This document shows positions 59,742-64,000 of a DNA stretch of 64,000 nt, piece by piece. The stretch is from Neoechinorhynchus agilis (taxonomy: Eukaryota > Animalia > Acanthocephala). Under the pieces are notes generated by a model. The model was given only the letters and a program-made list of their open reading frames with translations. It ran no database searches and was not told the DNA's origin. The first letter of the stretch is position 1; every line of letters begins with the position of its first letter. The stretch is from the NCBI GenBank assembly GCA_051530055.1, contig CM121342.1, positions 4,463,489 to 4,527,488 of the forward strand, read 5' to 3'. The translations under genes were made by a program, and so were the position numbers.

Positions 59742-60992
59742 TGCCGTCATCGCCTCGTAGAGTTTGAGAGATAATCTCGAACGGCTAAAATACGTATCGG
59801 AATTTATCATCAAAAATCCTTCGTCGCATATCCATCCTAAATCCGTTAAACTGATTTTTCCGGACTTTATCGGACACCCTTCCTCAATCCGGACTACTTT
59901 AACCTTCTTATCGAGAATTCTGATTAGGCCGTCATCTCCTGGATGAGTTTGAGAGATAATCTCGAACGGCTAAAATACGTATCGGAATTTATCATCAAAA
60001 ATCCTTTGTCGCATATCTATCCTAAATCCGTTAAACTGATTTTTCCGGACTTTACCGGACACCCTTCCTCAATCCGGACTACTTTAACCGTCTTATCGAG
60101 AATTCTAATTAGGCCGTCATCTCCTGGTGGAGTTTGAGAGATAATCTCGAACGGCTAAAATACGTATCGGAATTTATCATCAAAAATCCTTCGTCGCATA
60201 TCCATCCTAAATCCGTTAAACTGATTTTTCCGGACTTTATCGGACACCCTTCCTCAATCCGAACTACTTTAACCGTCTTATCGAGAATTCTAATTAGGCC
60301 GTCATCTCCTGGTGGAGTTTGAGAGATAATCTCGAACGGCTAAAATACGTATCGGAATTTATCATCAAAAATCCTTCGTCGCATATCCATCCTAAATCCG
60401 TTAAACTGATTTTTCCGGACTTTATCGGACACCCTTCCTCAATCCGAACTACTTTAACCGTCTTATCGAGAATTCTAATTAGGCCATCATCTCCTGGTGG
60501 AGTTTGAGAGATAATCTCGAACGGCTAAAATACGTATCGGAATTTATCATCAAAAATCCTTCGTCGCATATCCATCCTAAATCCGTTAAACTGATTTTTC
60601 CGGACTTTATCAAACACCCTTCCTCAATCCGAACTACTTTAACCGTCTTATCGAGAATTCTAATTAGGCCATCATCTCCTGGTGGAGTTTGAGAGATAAT
60701 CTCGAACGGCTAAAATACGTATCGGAATTTATCATCAAAAATCCTTCGTCGCATATCCATTCTAAATCCGTTAAACTGATTTTTCCGGACTTTATCGGAC
60801 ACCCTTCCTCAATCCGAACTACTTTAACCGTCTTATCGAGAATTCTAATTAGGCCGTCATCTCCTGGTGGAGTTTGAGAGATAATCTCGAGCGGCTAAAA
60901 TACGTATCGGAATTTATCATCAAAAATCCTTCGTCGCATATCCATCCTAAATCCGTTAAACTGATTTTTCCGGACTTTATCAAACACCCTTC
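59742..60992. repeat. Tandem array, 185-bp unit, about 6.7 copies
   Basis: GTTTGAGAGATAATCTCG at 59762, 59947, 60132 and onward. Confidence 0.97.
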
Positions 60993-61055
60993 TTCATTCC
61001 TTTGCGAATTTTAATTCGCGATTCTGAGTTTTTGGATTTTAGACCCTTGAAAAAC

Positions 61056-62915
61056 ATGGATCCTTCCAATCCACATAAGCTCAAAGCCATTCTAATGGGC
61101 GGGACAAGTCATCCTTCGTTATTTGAACTCATTGAAAAGTGCTTATTCACTTTTGAGAGGCATTAATTATGCTATTAATTTCTCTCTTAGAAAGCAGGAT
61201 TATTTCTCTAAAGTGATTAGATTGATAAAAGATAAACATTCTCGTTGGTAAGCGAATTTTGGGAACATGAACTATAAATATGGTTTAGTTTTGAATTGTG
61301 AGCTTACAGAAACTCGAGGGAAATCCGTGTACATTCTTGAGTCGGGTACAAGGTTCACTGTCTTTTGTCTTTTTTTCTTTTACCGTTTTTGTTTGAACAG
61401 ATCGCCGGACGATGTTGTAATGGAACTGCTTGCACTTGGATATAACTGCAAGATTCATGGAGCTTTGAGGATTGTTGGAATTATTCCTTATCTTCCTTAT
61501 GGTAGACAATGCGTGAAAACTAGACGAAATGGAGTCGTGGGAGCTTTGATGGCTAAAATGATGAAAAGTTCAGGTTTGCATTAAATTATCGTAAAAATAC
61601 TCGAAGCGAATTTGCCTGAGATTTTCTTGTAAGTGAAACAGCGATGGATTAGAAGTGCCATGAAAAGTTTTTTGCCCTTCGTATTTAGAATCTTAAGGTA
61701 TTTTTATAAGTGCATTTTTAAATGTTGACCAAACAGAAATCACAAAGGGGACCATCTCAGAGATTCAACGCTATTAAAAGATTTAAAATATCCAAAATTT
61801 ATTGGCTTTTTTGCCATTAGATACACCCTCGAACTGAAATAAGGACTAAAATATTCATCTGAAACCGTCTCAGAGATTCAACGCTATTAAAAGATTTAAA
61901 ATATCCAAAATTTATTTTTTTTGCCATTAAATACGCCGTCGAACTGAAATAATAATTAAAATATTCATCTTAAATCGCCTTAGAGATTCAACGTCATTAA
62001 AAGATTTTATATATCCAAAATTTATTGGTTTTTTTTGCCATTAAATACGCCCTCGAACTGAAATAATGATTAAAATATTCATCTGAAACCGTCTCAGAGA
62101 TTCAACGCTATTAAAAGATTTTATCCAAAATTCATGAGGTGTCTTTGCATCATTTATGGACTGACAAAATTCTTTAACCTTTAGGATACTCCCATTTGAT
62201 AACCGTCGATCTTTCCCACTCGGCGGCTCCTGGATTTTTCGATTTCCCAGTGCAAAATATAAGTCCTTTGGAGCTCATTACAAAGTATATAGTTCACAAT
62301 GTAAGCTTTGGCCGCTATTTTTCTTTACTTGCAATGTAACCGTAGATTTCGGATTACAAGAATGCGGTTGTAATTGCGTCCCGAGTTGACATGACTGAAA
62401 AGGCTCATGCTTTATCGAAATCGGCTCAACTTGGATTTGGCCTAATATACGACGAGTCCGATGGAAGTGACCATTTGGATGGAAATCAAGAGAACGAGGA
62501 CAAGGGTCATGCTTTAGTTGGCTGTGTAAAGAACAAGATCGCGATATTGATCGATGATGTCATTGACGATATCTTGGTTTATGAGAAATCAATAGCTTTT
62601 CTACGGCGAAGCGGAGCTCGCAAGATCTACATTGTTGCAACTCATGCATACTTGTCAGAAGCCATTTTCGAACAGTTAAATGCCGTGTGCATTGAGCAGG
62701 TCAGTTGATTTTTTTAGTGCAGCTTCTAATAGTTCTGTTTTTTTGAGTTGATCACCACAAACACCATTCGAAACGACGAATTTGTCGTCTATTCACCTAA
62801 AGTTAAGATTCTAGACATCAGTGAATTGGTTATAGATGCCATCTATAAAGCTGCAAAGGAAGACAGAAAAGATTTCGTCGTGAACCGAAATGTCCAAAAG
62901 GACAATTGCGAGTAG
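61056..62915 (+). CDS. PRPP synthase family protein, most like PRPS-associated protein (PRPSAP), 7 exons
   Basis: ETRGKSVYILES, VVMELL, IIPYLPYGRQ, LITVDLSH..GFFDFPV, IAILIDDVIDD, KIYIVATHAYL, LITTNTI. Introns at 61139-61190, about 61247-61288, 61353-61400, 61574-62184, 62301-62345 and 62700-62747. Confidence 0.85.
61750..62135. repeat. Intronic tandem repeat, unit about 112 bp, about 3.3 copies
   Basis: AGAGATTCAACG recurs four times at 110-113 bp spacing inside the long PRPSAP intron. Confidence 0.85.
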
Positions 62916-63126
62916 ATCTCATATATTTGTTTTCGTCTTTATAATTCGTGATTGGTATGAGGCTTTTCGACCAATTCCTAAAGAAGAGTACGTTTGAAGA
63001 TTGAATTCTATATGCCGGTGAAAAATCGAAGTAGTTTATTAGGTCCAATTGATTTCGGCGCGTTGATCAAAGTTGCTTGTGAGCTTTCTACAATTTAAGC
63101 TTACATAAATGTCGGACCTACACAAC

Positions 63127-63640
63127 TAATTTTTTCGATTAAAGGAGTTGTTCATTTATAGATGTGTTCTTTGATGATGAGCAGAAGAAGAATAAATATT
63201 GATTTATTAATTCTCAATATTTGGTCCGCCTCGTCCGACTTTTGGGAATTAATAAATCAATATTTATTCTTCTTCTGCTCACCATCAAAGAACACATCTA
63301 TAAATAATCAACTTCTTTAATCGAAAAAATTATTTGTATTCTTTGGTGATGAGAATGAGAATAAATTTTGATTTATTAATTCTCAATATTTGGTCCGCCT
63401 CGTCCGACTTTTGGGAATTAATAAATCAATATTTATTCTTCTGCTCACCATCAAAGAACACATCTATAAATGAACAACTTCTTTAATCGAAAAAATTATT
63501 TGTATTCTTTGGTGATGAGAATGAGAATAAATTTTGATCTATTAATTCTCAAAAGTCGGAGACCAAATATTTAGAATTAATAAATCAATATTTATTCTTC
63601 TTCTGCTCATCATCAAAGAACACAAATGATTTTTTCGATT
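63127..63640. repeat. Foldback/palindromic element (206 bp, arms about 87 bp) followed by two rearranged tandem copies
   Basis: 63127-63213 is an imperfect inverted repeat of 63247-63332. Later copies at 63333-63497 and 63498-63640. Confidence 0.9.
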
Positions 63641-64000
63641 AAAAATTTTCGAAGTTCTTCAGGTAGTATCTTTTAATAACTAACAAACTGATGATGAACC
63701 CGACGAGGTTCGAAACGTTTTCCATAATCCTAAACTTTATGAGGTCAGAATTGTTGATTTGCTCTAACACACGAATTTAATTATCAATTCTCACAAAGAC
63801 ATATCATCTTCAACGTTTATACCCACTGAGACAAGCAATTCATTTAAGTAAATTCGACATTGTGCCACTGACAATGGCATTTTATTTAATTTCCATTGAA
63901 TATGATAAGGACAGAGTCCAAGTTTTGGAAGTCCTCTTTTCTCACAATTTTGAACTTCACATTTGATTGTTGACTTTTTTATTTCGTCGAAAACGAAGGC

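Noticed and set aside
11139-60992. Tandem arrays as CRISPR arrays
   Set aside because: Units are 112-305 bp and repeat in full, with no unique spacers and no cas genes, in a eukaryotic context.
1-64000. Assigning the window to Fritillaria, Oikopleura or a euglenid
   Set aside because: The proteins look metazoan (not euglenid). Most introns here are canonical and the odd ones lack a consistent AG start. No marker in the window fixes the taxon.
1-64000. tRNA, rRNA, SL RNA or telomeric repeats
   Set aside because: None recognised by eye. tRNAscan-SE and Infernal would be needed to exclude divergent ones.

Overview
Eukaryotic, metazoan-like, AT-rich DNA read with the standard code. The species cannot be identified from the window. 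Conserved housekeeping genes (LSM7, UBE2W, PLAA, PRPF6, COPE, RFC2, a PRPSAP-like gene, an actin-related gene, an ENTH-domain gene) and a clear U1 snRNA gene sit among lineage-specific secreted or membrane genes. There are seven unrelated local tandem arrays (about 15 kb in total), degenerate CRE-like and Penelope-like retroelement remnants, and many short rearranged duplications. Most introns I could resolve are tiny canonical GT-AG introns (25-53 nt). The standout signal is three introns (one in UBE2W, two in PRPF6) whose homology-restoring boundaries are neither GT-AG, GC-AG nor AT-AC. They share no sequence with each other, but each folds into a terminal stem (G.U pairs in at least two) that closes 6-7 nt before a YTAN 3' end. 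This points to a second, structure-defined intron class coexisting with canonical splicing. All protein identities come from my recall of family motifs, not from database searches. Intron calls are homology and frame inferences without transcript data.
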